A DNA stretch of 49,609 nucleotides, filler included, from Catajapyx aquilonaris (taxonomy: Eukaryota): the NCBI GenBank assembly GCA_000934665.2. It is 3 parts of 3 records of this genome, joined end to end, with 100 filler letters (N's around TTAATTAATTAA, not from the genome) between each part and the next. Parts side by side here need not be neighbours in the genome. Positions count along the whole stretch, not along the records: positions 33,054 to 49,609 come from JYFJ02007206.1; 2 more parts are not named here. One strand, written 5' to 3'. The notes beneath the pieces are model-generated. The model saw nothing but the letters and a program-made list of their open reading frames with translations, was not told the DNA's origin and searched no databases. Below are positions 34,145-46,250 of this stretch, piece by piece. Made by a program: the position numbers and the translations under genes. Each line of letters begins with the position of its first letter. The first letter of the stretch is position 1.

Positions 34145-35811
34145 ATAATTGAACCATGGAAAACAAAACCGAGCTAACTCCAGTGAGGGGGAAAAAAAAG
34201 AACTTGTGCACTTCTTGCACTGACCCCTCAGAAAGCATAGAAGGGAGCATCACACATGCATGGAATTTTCAGGGAAGTTGCAGAACTACGATTCAACACC
34301 CATCCACATTGAAACAACGCTTGTCGGACATGTAGGTATTGCACAGCACACATTTGTAGTGACCCTTTCCCCACGAATCCCTCTTGGAGTTGTTTCGGTT
34401 TTCTCTTCCAAGAGAGTGTGGAATACAAAAGTAAGCTAACTCCAATTGATTAAATCCATTGGAGTTAGCTTACTTTTGTATTTCACACGCTCTTGGAAGA
34501 GACAACTGAAACAACTCCAAGAGCAGAGGGCTTCGTGGGGAGGGGGTCACTACAAACCTGTGCTGTGCAGTACCTACGGTACATGTCCGACAAGTATCGT
34601 TTTCACGTGGATGGGTGTTGAATCGCCAGCTGCAACTTTCCTGAAAATTCCATGCATGTGTGATGGTCCCTTCTATCCTTTCCGAGTGTGACGTAGGTCA
34701 TGACCTATGACCTATAACCCACTAAGTTCGTTTCGTCTCACAGGTTACACTCGGAAGATAAAAACTGGTGTTCTGTTCTATATTTATTTGCAGTACATCA
34801 TTCGCCCATATGATAGTAGCCATTATGGCAACCTTTAACTGACATTTAAAACCCTTCGACTCTGACCTGTGATATACTGGGGAGCTGCATCGTGGGGCTG
34901 CCTTCTGTTGATCGCCTGGGCCGTCTGTCGAGGTGGGCAGCTCTTCTGGTACAATTCTTCAGTGGGACGGCCTTAGGGCTGATCGGGTGGACGAGCCTGG
35001 TCCCTCTAGGCCCCTCCTTCCTCTCTCTCCGTCTCCCTTGGGGTGTGTGTGTGTTCTTCGGCAGTGGGGCTTACATTTATAGTCCCCCAATCCCGGATCA
35101 GAATCGCAGAGGTCCCTTCTCCAATTACGCGGTTCATACTGGTGACATACCTGACTCTAGCGCACTTCCTGGTTGACCTACTTGTACTTTTAGCTGACTC
35201 AAAAAACCCATGACTGTTGCCCAACCGCGGAAACAGCAGTCTAGTTTATTAACTCGAATAATTGTACTTTTGCGCACACTAAACCGTGACATGAGGGGTC
35301 AGTGCAAGAAGTGCACAAGTCCTTTTCTCCCACCGAAGCAGTAGTGGTGGAATGGATTATGGATATAGTGTCCGACTGCTAATTGGGAGGTCCTGGGTTC
35401 GAATCCCGGAGGCCGGCGATCCTGACCTTGGTTTTCTGTGGTTTCCCAAGGTCACCCCAGGAACAATTTCTGGGATCGTACCGTAAAATAGGCCACAGCC
35501 ACTTCCTTCCTTTCCCTGCCCTGGAGGAGGTGCGGGTCAGGGGTGAGTTTCTGACTCGCATCTAGGGGATCATCTTGGCGAACAGGCCCCCTGAGGGACT
35601 GCACACGACCCCCAACTTGATGAGATGATGACATTGCACATGTACCAGTGTCCCCNCCCCCCCCCCCCTCCTATCCCTACCATCCCTGCACGATAGTGGT
35701 AATCCACTCCCCTAAGAGAGCCTATAACACGGGGTATATCTATATAAGAAATAAAAACTAAAAAGTCATTTTCTCCCCTCATTGGAGTTTTGTTTTTCGT
35801 GGTTCAATTAT
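34145..35811. mobile_element. Composite foldback element: outer inverted arms plus an internal ~460-bp palindrome (boundaries approximate)
   Basis: The outer left arm 34145-34228 pairs with 35292-35331 plus 35778-35811, the right arm being split by a SINE. The inner palindrome ~34227-34686 is centred on AAGCTAACTCCAAT..ATTGGAGTTAGCTT at ~34452. Confidence 0.75.
35332..35762 (+). mobile_element. Full-length tRNA-derived SINE with 15-bp TSD
   Basis: A-box-like GTGGTGGAATGG, B box GGTTCGAATCC (35396-35406), central GGTTTTCTGTGGTTTCCC..ATAGGCCACAGCCACTTCCTTCC body resembling widespread insect SINEs, and an A-rich tail. TSD AAGTC(C/A)TTTTCTCCC at 35317-35331 and 35763-35777. Confidence 0.88.
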
Positions 35812-38800
35812 ACTCAACTACAAAAAAATCATTTAAAGCTCATTGGTAGCATGTCTCCCAAATGAATGCCCCTATGTCTGTCATCCTAGATCAGCTGAGT
35901 CTTTTGGGTATCCTTCATTATGTAAATAAAAGATCAATCAGAACAGTAGTTAATTAAAATAATGCATACATTGGGTTTGTCATTGCATAGAGAAACTCAA
36001 ATTTATTTACAATTTCAGTTTGACTTAAAACATATGCCATTTCCATCACTTACAGAATAGTCAAATAATAATCTTGCCTCCAATCAGCCCACTATTTAAT
36101 GACCCCTACATCCACGTTGGTAATACACTCTAATTCCATTCTTCAAATCATTGTGGTCCATCACTCATGTTCTGTTCACTGCTTCACTGCACATACATGG
36201 CATATATGGATGGGTCTGCATTAGGCCAGCCATCTGTGGATACCTGTAGCGTTTTTGTATCCAAACCTACATTGCATGGGCCCAGTGGTAAAACTTCTGG
36301 CTAGGGTAGCTTACGCTGCTAAGACCAAGTTAGGCAGTTCCTAATATGAAGCCTTGATGATGTTGGCCAAAGGGAGAACATACTAAGCAGCAGGTATGGC
36401 AGAAAATTAGGGGAAGGAGGTGAGAGGATGGCAAGGAGGAAAATATGTTGGCAGTGGTCTGTAACAGGGGGGTGGCTTAAGGGCATACAAAGGCAGTAGA
36501 CCTGATGGGATGCACTTAGGTAAAAAATAATATGACATTTTTGAACCCCGAACAGCAATCAAACCTCCATTCCCACGTCTGCTTTGAGGTACTGTACCGT
36601 GGCTCACTGCCAGGTACTCAGTGGCTGAAAGTATCAAAGGTGTGCCTGCAGAAGGCAGAACAATATATTTAGTATTTTAGTCCCTTGCACACAAAGTCAA
36701 TGAATAAAATATGGAATTAAGCTACAGTACCGGCACACTTGGGCAAGTATGGCTCCCATCAGCTCATTAATTGCCTTCGTTTTGTGTTACATTATATTCC
36801 ATTGGACGTTGTTCAATTCCAGTTGCATGTGATACAGCATGAGCATATATCTAAAAGGACAGTTCAGCTGCTTTTGTTCAAGCACAGACCACTGCCATCT
36901 CTCCCTTCCTGCCCTCGGCTACACTCTTTACCACATATCTCCTCCTCCTCCTCCTCCCCCCCCCCNCCCCCCCCCGCGCTAAGCCCTTGCTCCTGGCATC
37001 CAATCTCATTATGGCCTCATATAATGAAAGGTGCTTGGCATACATCTCTCAATAAACAAGTCCTTATATTGAGCCTATAATTGTAGGCAAGTGGCATCAA
37101 CAGGTAGGCAGGACTGGCTAATGTAGGCTCACTTTTATTCCCATGTGTATGTAGTAAACAAATCTTGTAAGGAGTATACAGGGGGTGTCACATATAAGGT
37201 GTTGCAATTGTAACGTCCATAGTGGTTAGCAATTTTTGGCACTAATAAGGTGCTTATTTTAAGTTCCATTTGAAGTTACTTTCGTGATTATTAAAAGTTT
37301 TAGCTGCTAATACTTTGTTATGTGGACTCATCCTTTAACGCCCCCAAGGGGATTTGACCTAAAAAAATATTTGTCCATTATTCATATTTGGTGTTAACTG
37401 TTCCAATGGGACATTCTCACTCCAAAATTCCCTGCAATTCCTAGCTTGGATATGCCCCTAATGGTATCTCCTTCCCAATCAACCAATCAAACCAAAGTTG
37501 GATAGATGACTAAACTCAACCTAATATTAGCAACTTGAAAATTACTTAACCATGACGGGTATTTCAATTTAAGCACCCTGTACATCCTGTATCCAAGCTC
37601 ACTCTTGCCAGTGATGCGACATGCAAAGAATTGAAGAATAGGTGACGACATAAATCCACCATTCATCTGACTCTTATGTGAACAGCAAATAATCCTAAAA
37701 CCCACAGCATCAATGATAAGAAAAAAATTAACTAAATTGGTATGGTTGAATAGCAGAAGCTGATTCGTTATGTTCTTGCAGAAAATGGTATCTCTATACT
37801 GTACATGTTATTCAATATCAACTTTAAAAAAAAAAAATTAACTGGTGATATTTTGCCTGCAACACATTTTTTGGCTATGTGTTAGGAAACAACCAAATCA
37901 GGTACTAGCTATTATTATGTCATGTGGCAATTCTTCAAAGGCTTCTCCTGTAAAAATAGATGTGAAGCTATGCACATATTTGTATGGCACATCATCAACT
38001 TCTGCCATTCACAATTCTTAAAAAAAAAAAAAAAATTTGTACATTATTCCAAGAAAAAAAAAGAAGTAAAAAGCGCTAAGTACCAAAAAGGCAAAACTGT
38101 TAAGTACTGGATATCAATAGTCTAGGTAAATGAAAAAAATTGCATAAGCAAGGAAATAGTAAACTTTCATAAACTACTCAAAAAAAGACCACTTCATTCT
38201 TGACAAGCACAGAAATAACTCAAACAAACTGCACAGGGTGATTCTAAAACATTGACATGATTACACATTGTAATATTTTTGCAAGTCATCATGATAGTGT
38301 CAAATTAAATCACAATAGTGGCAAGTGGTGGGCAATTACTCCCATGGTTTCTGCTCAGGCAATCCTCTACTACTCCCTGTAAATTACAGCTCAACAATTT
38401 TTCTTTCTTTTCCACAATGGATCTCTGCATGGGAGATGTAAATTATACTCGGAGGCAAATTCATGCTAATAGTGCAATGATGAATGGAGACAAAGTACAG
38501 ATTTGCACATTATTTAGCAGTTGAACGAGCTTTGGGGCCCCAGGCAGAACCCAGACACCAAGTTAAACCTAAACCAAGTTCAAGTTCCTTGTCTTCTTCG
38601 TTGACCCAGAGAAGACTTGGGAATTGTTAGAATGATGATTTAACGTTCTCGTAACCCCATGATATAAACATCAAAAAGTTGATATTACTTTTCACTCTAT
38701 AAAATTTTGACAACTTGACCTTAATAACTTGCGCAAAATTACATAATTAAAGTGTGGCAGTTTCAGACTCACCCTATTATCATGTATATCAGTTCTGGAA

Positions 38801-39306
38801 GTCACCTTCATGCATACTGCTACTTACAAAACTTTCCCTGGACCCCAATTGATTATTACTAAGCCTGTTTCAAGGAAAGCTTTCAGTTTCCTTGGTTAGT
38901 GAGTCCACAAGTTAAGAAACACCTTAAGAGTTGCCACATGGAATGAGTCTGGCAATCAATATTGGCAACACAATCAACTCCAAGTATGGTTGTTAGGCAG
39001 ACCCAATGAGAGTAAGGGATATGAAGACATGTTTATCTTCACTCAACATTGACCCTCCTCCCATTTTATCCCTCTGACAACTTCAGGATGTTCTTGCCCT
39101 CCTCACTAGTTGAAACAATCAAAATCTTTAATGAAACAAAAGTTATGCCCAGCAGGTCAAATGGCAACGTGGTACTGCACCAGCATCCTTATATAAGGTG
39201 TGCAATAAGAAATCCAACAAGAGTGAATTTGGCAGAACTTGTGTACAGTACTTGGCATGATCATGATCAAATTAGTTGTGAAAAGCTAGTGAATATTGAC
39301 ATTATA

Positions 39307-39835
39307 CAGGGTGACCCTAAAGTCTGGACACATAGGCAATTGGATTGTATTGTTACTTGCCAGTTGTCCCAACTCCAAGGGCCAACTCAGCCTTTACTGG
39401 CTGCCAACAGCCTGCTAGCTGGCACAACTGGAAACACGGACTAGGGATACTAAGGACTGGACACTCCCCCTATCTTATCGCTTTGGGAGGCTAACAGGGA
39501 GGTAATGCAGTACGGATCCACAGGCGGCGCTGATCGCGTCGATGCCATCGATCGAAGCACCTATCCGCATGTTCTTATTTAAACCAATGAGCTGCTGGGG
39601 CGTGAGCGCGTGCTCTTCGAACTAGTCATCGATGGCATGAACGCAATGTGCTTCTCTTCAATCTGGTCCCTGATCAGCGCCACCTGTGGTTCCATTCCAC
39701 ATTACGTCCCCGTTAGCCTCCCAACGCGATAAGAGGGGGACTTTTTTTTTTGTCCAGTCCTTAGTACCCTAGTCCGTGACTGGAAACCAACCATTCAATA
39801 CAATTGCCTATGTCTCCCGACTTGAGAGCCACCCG
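39307..39835. mobile_element. Tc1/mariner-type MITE hosting a nested element
   Basis: TA-CAGGGTGACCCTAAAGTCTGGACACATAGGCAATTG ... CAATTGCCTATGTCTCCCGACTTGAGAGCCACCCG-TA. Confidence 0.7.
39435..39778. mobile_element. Palindromic MITE with 8-bp TSD and CA..TG ends (P-element-like)
   Basis: ACTGGAAA(39427-39434)-CACGGACTAGGGATACTAAGGACTGGACA ... TGTCCAGTCCTTAGTACCCTAGTCCGTG-ACTGGAAA(39779-39786). P versus hAT assignment is an inference. Confidence 0.8.
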
Positions 39836-40122
39836 TATACAGTATCAACAATACTGAAGTAGTGGAAATAATTCTTACATCTCGGCTTTCTCCATATCAA
39901 AAATTCAATGCCATGACATTAATGCTTTTCTTATAAGATATTCCCTCTACAGGCATATTCTTTGTTACGTTTCATATCACTCCTCAGCTTCACACTTAGA
40001 TGGTGTTGCACAAGAAAAGAAAAATCGGAAAAAGAATGTCTACTATCTGTTTATTTAATATAGAGCCCTGTGTTTGACTCGAAACAACTCCCATGCAAAT
40101 TATCCAAAAAAATAATGTTATA

Positions 40123-40555
40123 CAGGGTGAAGGGAAACTCGCGCCCAATTGCCAGGTAGACTGATAGTACTCGCAAAACTAATATAGGAATGCGCAATTA
40201 GTTTCGGGTGCCGGTGTGTAGTTAATGCGTACAGCGCCTTTAAAGTGTCGAGGGTCAGATGGTAAAATATGAGGTAAAAATGACAAAGTGACAGGTGTCG
40301 CACCTAGATTCTTACTCAGATGGGATTTGATCACCTATTGAACATGGACGATGAGTTAGAGGACCAAGGCCAGATTATTTGGAGGCCCTCGAGCTGGCTT
40401 TTGCTTCTTTGAAACGGGTGGAGCAGATGTGACGTCATGAAACTTTAAACGCATTAACTACACAACGGCGCCCCAAACTAATTACACATCCCTTCATTAG
40501 TTTGGGAGTACTATCAGTCTACCTGGTGATTGGGCGCGAGTTTCACTTCCCCCTG
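40123..40555. mobile_element. Tc1/mariner-type MITE (CAGGGTGAAGGGAAACT family), copy 1
   Basis: TA-CAGGGTGAAGGGAAACTCGCGCCCAAT ... ATTGGGCGCGAGTTTCACTTCCCCCTG-TA. Same family as 47902-48344. Confidence 0.85.
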
Positions 40556-40831
40556 TATGTCGTTCGAAAGCTTGTTTAAATCCACGTTATGCGAGTTGGT
40601 TTCCTATCATCAGTGTGTAATATTTTATCGCAAGAAGAAGGTGGAAAGGTGTCATTTTTTGACTAGTTGCAGACATTATGCTGCAAAATGAATTTTTTTC
40701 TGACACTTCTAGGAGGCCAAAAAATTCCCCCTGTGAACCCTGGATTGTGCAAATCTTTGTCTATCAAATGATATATTTGAAACTTAGATATCGCCATTTG
40801 TGTCTCCCTTCATCGCTGACTACCCTGTATG

Positions 40832-41177
40832 CAGCGGTGGGCAACCTACGGCCCGCGCAAACCTTTCGAAATTCCTGAAAATTTTGATAAATTAAAATTG
40901 CAAAATTATGCCTGTGCCTTTCTTTTTGATTTTTTTAAATCCACAAAAAACATTGTTTTTGATTTATACATGCCATTTTCATTGATATATTTAGCTAATT
41001 TTATCGATTTTCAGAGAATTTAATGATAATTTTTGCCATTAATGGAAGTTCATTTAAAACGATGGATATATAATTGTAAACTTTTTAACAAGTTGAAATT
41101 TCTTTTGTTAGTTGCGGCCCGTCAAATTTTTTAAAATCTCTATGCTGCCCACGGAGAAAAAAGGTTGCCCACCCTTG
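40832..41177. mobile_element. hAT-like MITE
   Basis: CAGCGGTGGGCAACC ... GGTTGCCCACCCTTG termini with sub-terminal CGGCCCG motifs. The TSD is degenerate. Confidence 0.7.
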
Positions 41178-41279
41178 CTGCATAGCAATATGTCGTGATG
41201 GTGTTGTTGTTGTTGTTGTGTAATCATAATTAAGTTAATAGGACACCACTGTTATCTCGGCCGTTTCTCATCTGAATTA

Positions 41280-41880
41280 CAGTAAAACTTCTATAAGTCG
41301 AACTTCCCTAAGTTGAAGTTCTCTATAAGTCGAAGAAAATGACGGGCTTGGTTGGTCACAATGTAAAATAATAGGAAATAAACTTCCCTAACTCGAATTT
41401 CTATAACTTGAAGTTCTCCATAACTCGAAGTGCAGGCAGGGCCTTACGATGGGATATCAATGCATTTTCAGTCTCCCTAAGTCGAAGTTCATGTTGCCGA
41501 GGACGGAACATTTTCTCATTTCCCAGCCGAAGGGTCGAGAGTAGGTCACATGTACAGAAGGGCTCAATTTCCTGATCTCCGTCTACCAGATGTACCGAAA
41601 GAAGTGTTTGACTCGATTGTGACAATTGAATCCTTGAATCTAAGAGTAGGCAAATGTCCATAACGGAGTTTTTTTTCACAACAAAACAACGAGGAACATT
41701 GTAAGTGTGATAGTGACAGTTATTTTTAAGTTTTGAACACCTTTTCGTCGCTGGATATGAAGGTAGGCTTCCTTATCGAGTTATGTGCTTTAAAATATCC
41801 AAACTTCTCTAACTCGAATCTTCTATAACTCTAAGTTTTTTCCTGGTCCCATGGAGATTCGACTTATAGAAGTTTCACTG
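41280..41880. mobile_element. pogo/Tigger-like MITE
   Basis: TA-CAGTAAAACTTCTATAAGTCGAA ... TTCGACTTATAGAAGTTTCACTG-TA, with many CT(A/C)TAA(G/C)TCGAA sub-terminal repeats. Confidence 0.85.
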
Positions 41881-42666
41881 TACTTCACTAATGTATCGAC
41901 GGCAAGCCAGAAATGTGTGATAAAATAACACTGTGCTCCATTACACTAAAAAATTTTGAAGTATTGTTTTAGTCTGTTCAATAGACAAGTACCCAGCTCG
42001 CTTTCTGGTGGGAATAGACAGCAATACTTTTAAATACGTTTAAAAATTCTGGTGTAATAGAGCAAGGTGTAATTTTAACACGCACATTTCTGGCTTGCCA
42101 TCAAGACATTTGCGAAGTAATTCGGTTGAGAAACGGCCAAGATAACAGAGGTGTGCAATTAACTTAATTATGATTACACAATAGCAATTATGTCATTAGA
42201 TAGACAAAGATTTGCACTATGCATGGTTCACAGGGGGAATTTTTTGGCCTCCTAGAAGTGTCAGAAAAAAATTCATTTGGCAGCGTAACGTTGCAAACTA
42301 GTCAAAATATTACATCTTTCTGCCTTCTTCTTGCAATAAAAAATTACACACTGATGATAGGAAAACAACTCATATGTAACATTGATTTACACAAACTTTT
42401 TTTACAACATTATTATTTTTTGGATCATTTGCATGGGAGTTGTTTCAAGTCAAACAAAGGGCTCTATATTAAATAAACAGATAGTAGTGACATATGCACT
42501 TTCGGTATAAGAAAGACTGGAACGAAAGAATTTTTCTACTACCTGCTAGCACAAAATTGATAACAAAATAAGTTCTACCAAATTCCACCTTTGCTGAATA
42601 TCCATCTGGACTCCATGTATAAACTTGTTGAGTTAGCCTCATAAATTTGTCAAGGAAAAGTGTTCA

Positions 42667-45600
42667 TCATTCAAATATATTCTTCAAATCATGTTCATAG
42701 AGAGCTATGAGCAGCATGATAAGGCCACCCAGCGATATGCCTACAAACTGAAGTGCCAGTTGAAATAAGCCGCTTATCTTTTTCTCACCCCCATGTGCAC
42801 TATTCAGCTCTGGGATCTGTAAAAAGTTGTAAAATAAGTCAAATGGAAAATTTATGACTACCCAAAATACTCACCATGTCTACTAATGCAATGTAGAGGA
42901 AGAGCCCTGCTGCTCCAGCAAATATCCATGAAGATGCTGTTTGTATATTTCCAAGGAAGATACCCATTGACATTCCAAAGAAGCATAGCACTGAAGAAAT
43001 TATGTTGTAAAAGATGGCTTGTTGTGGACTCATCCCTGCCTTCAGAAGCACAGCAAAGTCCCCTGAAACAAAACATAGAATTCATCTTTAAAAATATCTT
43101 TTACCACAAGTGCTTTTATAAAGTATAGAGTGCATTCAATAACATGTGTCCAGATGAGTGCAAGTCAAATTTGCATGACACAGTCACATGAACAACCTAG
43201 AACTCAATGACGCAATTCATTAGCATATTGCATGGTGCACTTTCGACTCTTTCATATGGTTGCAACCTGCAGGTACAATCAGCGCCGGATTTACCCCCCC
43301 GGCCACCCTTAGACACCTTTCTTTATGTATATTCTTTATATAAGCCCCCCCCCNNNCCCCCCCCCCCCCCAGCCTGACGCTTAAAAATTAAAAAAAATTA
43401 TTGTGTTCTCTCCTTCATTTCCTATTATTTTATTTTAAAAATATTATATTGAAAGTTATGGCCGCCCAGAGGGCGGCTGCCCTCCGGCAATTACCTTTTC
43501 TGCCTGTAGTGGTAAATCAAGCTCTCTAATAGGCCACAGCCGCCTCCTTCCTTTCCTATCCTATCCCAAAAAGCGCAGTAAAAACGAAACGAAGAGTTCT
43601 AGTCAAAAAATAATATCCCCCCTAAAGAGCCGCCGGCTGATAACGGGGTATGAATTATTATTATATATTATATTATTAAATCAAGCTCTCAAAAATTCGA
43701 TTTTCTTTGCGATCTCGCCTTAATTTCCTATTATTGTATTTGAGAAATATTATTTATTGCAACTCGCGGCCGCCCCTAGGCCAGTGCCTACTGTGTCTAA
43801 TGGGAAATCCGCCACTGGGTACAATGCCGGTGCCTGCCAAACAAAATAATGGCTAGTCATCCAGGATATTGAATCCACCCCGGAAGTGCTACTAATTATT
43901 AGTTGTTCCATATTTTATTTTTTAAAATTATTATTTGTTGGCGATGCCTGTGAGACAGTACAACTTGACACGCTGAAAATGACCTTTCAACGTCACACAA
44001 AGCAACTGGATCATTCTTGAAAAGTTAAATGTCTTGTACAGCCGGTTCATCAGGCATGCCTATGAGCTGCGTTACATGGACAGTCGCGTCACATCTATTT
44101 CAATACGAATCGGAAAGGTGTCCCTTCGGCAACGTGTTACATATCTGGCCTTTGGGGAAGACAGACTGTTGCGAAGGATATGGGATGAGATGAAGAAGGA
44201 AAGGGAGGGAGGTGGTAAAAATGGCTGGTGGGAAGACGTGAGGAAGAAGGAACAAGAATGGGGGGTGGAGCATGATGAGGAGTGGCAAAGGCAAACTTGG
44301 GAAGAACGATGGGACTCGTGGGGGAAGGAACTGAGGGAGAGGATGATCAAGGAGAGGGAGGAGAGAATTGCCAACACGACCAACTGGCCCGACTACAGAT
44401 CTGTAAAGATAGAGAGAGAAGAAGACCGATATTTGGACAGAGAGAACATAAAATTTCTGAAGGTGTTGGCGAAACTAAGATGTGGGACACTGTGCAGGGC
44501 TAGCTGGTCGTGGCTGTCAGAAACGGAGAGGAAATGTTTATTGTGTGATGAGGGGGAGGAGAATATGGGGCATATTGTGAGGGGTTGTAGGGTAATGAAG
44601 GAGGAGAGGAGGAAATGGATACCGGCGGTGGAGGAGATGGAGGATGAGGAGGTGTATAGCTTTGTAAAGAATGTAAGAAAAAGGGGTGCGCTGTGTAAGT
44701 ATTTGTATGGTGTGGTGAAAAAGAGGAGGGATGCAATTTTGGAGAGACAGGGGGAGGGAGTGAGAGAAAATGGAATTATGTAAAAAAATGTAAATGTAGA
44801 ATGTAGAATGTCGATAAATGTAAATGTAATCATGTGAGGAAGGAGGAGGGTCGGCCAAGCGGCATTAGCTGCAGGCCGACAGACTAAATAAAGCACAAAA
44901 CAAACAAACAAACATATCTGGCCTTTGAAAGCAGTGGAGTCCCCCTGACCCCTTCTCCCCCTCCCACTGCTGATCCCCACCCACTTCGAAAACCAGTAAG
45001 TTGGGAAATTTTGGAGTTGGCGAAAAGAAGGGTCGAGCGATAAGGCAGGAGTAATCCTCTTAAAACTTAGTGGTGCCATCAAACCTTTTGATGCGCAGGT
45101 AAATGGTGGTTCAACTGGCTGCGGCTGACTGGCTGCGCAGTTCAGTTGATGCACATTTACACATGTTACATGCCCGAGATGCTGCTCTGTAAGCTGCGCA
45201 CCTTTCCAAACCGCCTCGAAGAGGCGTCATGTAACATGCCTCTATAGGCTACAGCTACTTCGCTATTCACAGGTTGAAGCAGGAGGGATGACTTGAACGG
45301 AAAACACGTAAAAACTGCCGAAAATATTAAGACTAAAAGGTGTCAAAAAGGCGTAAATAGGCGCTTAGATGCCATTTAGGTCCCAATGTCCAAAATAGGC
45401 AATTTTAGGTTTTATAAAACTACGATTTTTGAGCTCCTTGTGTTATGAAACGAATATACATTTTGATTCCGTGTTCTGCCTACAAAATAAAAAGCAGGTA
45501 AAACCTAGAAATACATTTTTTGGTAATGATATAAGAACAACTGAGCCCACAGCCTAATGCAATGTGCTCCCTAATTGTTTTCGTTGGCGACCCCAGAAAA

Positions 45601-46209
45601 TACTATAGTTTCGTAAAATTTGCGACCCCTACTTCTAATTCATTCCCTCTCCTCGGTGGTAGTCAATTACAATACGGGCTAAATTAACACATCTTCTTGT
45701 TTACGGGCAAATTTTTCCAGCGAGATAGAATCAATTTGTAAAAATAACTAGTTACCCTCCTTCACGACCCCAAATATTATGTTCACAACCCCAAATGGGG
45801 TCGTGACACACAGTTTGGGAAGCACTTGCCAAATGGTACGTGTGTTGATATATTTCCAGCTCACACAAGACAGAAGAATCCTAAAAATTCTAATTTTCAA
45901 TGGACAAACCCAACAGAGATGCAAGGTAGAGGGGCACAGTGGTCTAGTGGCTATGCCACTGGCCAGCCAAGCTGGAGGTGCAGGGGTGAAATCTCGCCCT
46001 GTCACCCTCACTCGGTCAGGCCTTTTTCCACTTTTCACCTGACACATCTGCGCAGACTTGCACTTCCTTCTCTGCCCAAGGCAAAGAGAAAAGTTCCAGT
46101 AGTCCGAAACAACTTTAAACAACCTAAAGTGCCCTCCCTTGGAAACCTCCCCCTTCCTTATACACCCATGGACCAAAGCATTGCAGCACAAACAAGCACT
46201 TCTGGATTA

Positions 46210-46250
<41 letters not shown>

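Larger units (their letters stand above)
40040..42487. mobile_element. Large foldback element whose left arm carries three nested MITEs
   Basis: CTACTATCTGTTTATTTAATATAGAGCCC ... GGGCTCTATATTAAATAAACAGATAGTAG. The uninterrupted right arm ~42015-42487 matches left-arm pieces 40040-40120, ~40570-40770, ~41218-41279 and ~41881-41970. Confidence 0.85.

Noticed and set aside
35341..35412. tRNA gene (B box GGTTCGAATCC)
   Set aside because: No complete cloverleaf or acceptor stem. It continues into a SINE body and tail and is flanked by a TSD. The same applies to the B box near 46520.
33054..40039. Missing 5' exons of RECK
   Set aside because: No minus-strand exon with RECK CC-domain motifs was found by eye (ICCSHK at ~37680 does not fit). 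The region lies beyond an artificial linker.
42351..42368. Hammerhead-like CTGATGA-TAG-GAAA (also mirrored at ~40598-40614)
   Set aside because: Only 3 nt lie between the core boxes (no stem II), and no stem III or cleavage triplet is evident. It is part of the foldback arms.
44393..45154. 253-aa minus-strand ORF
   Set aside because: Antisense shadow of the purine-rich LINE ORF; it also crosses the insertion boundary.
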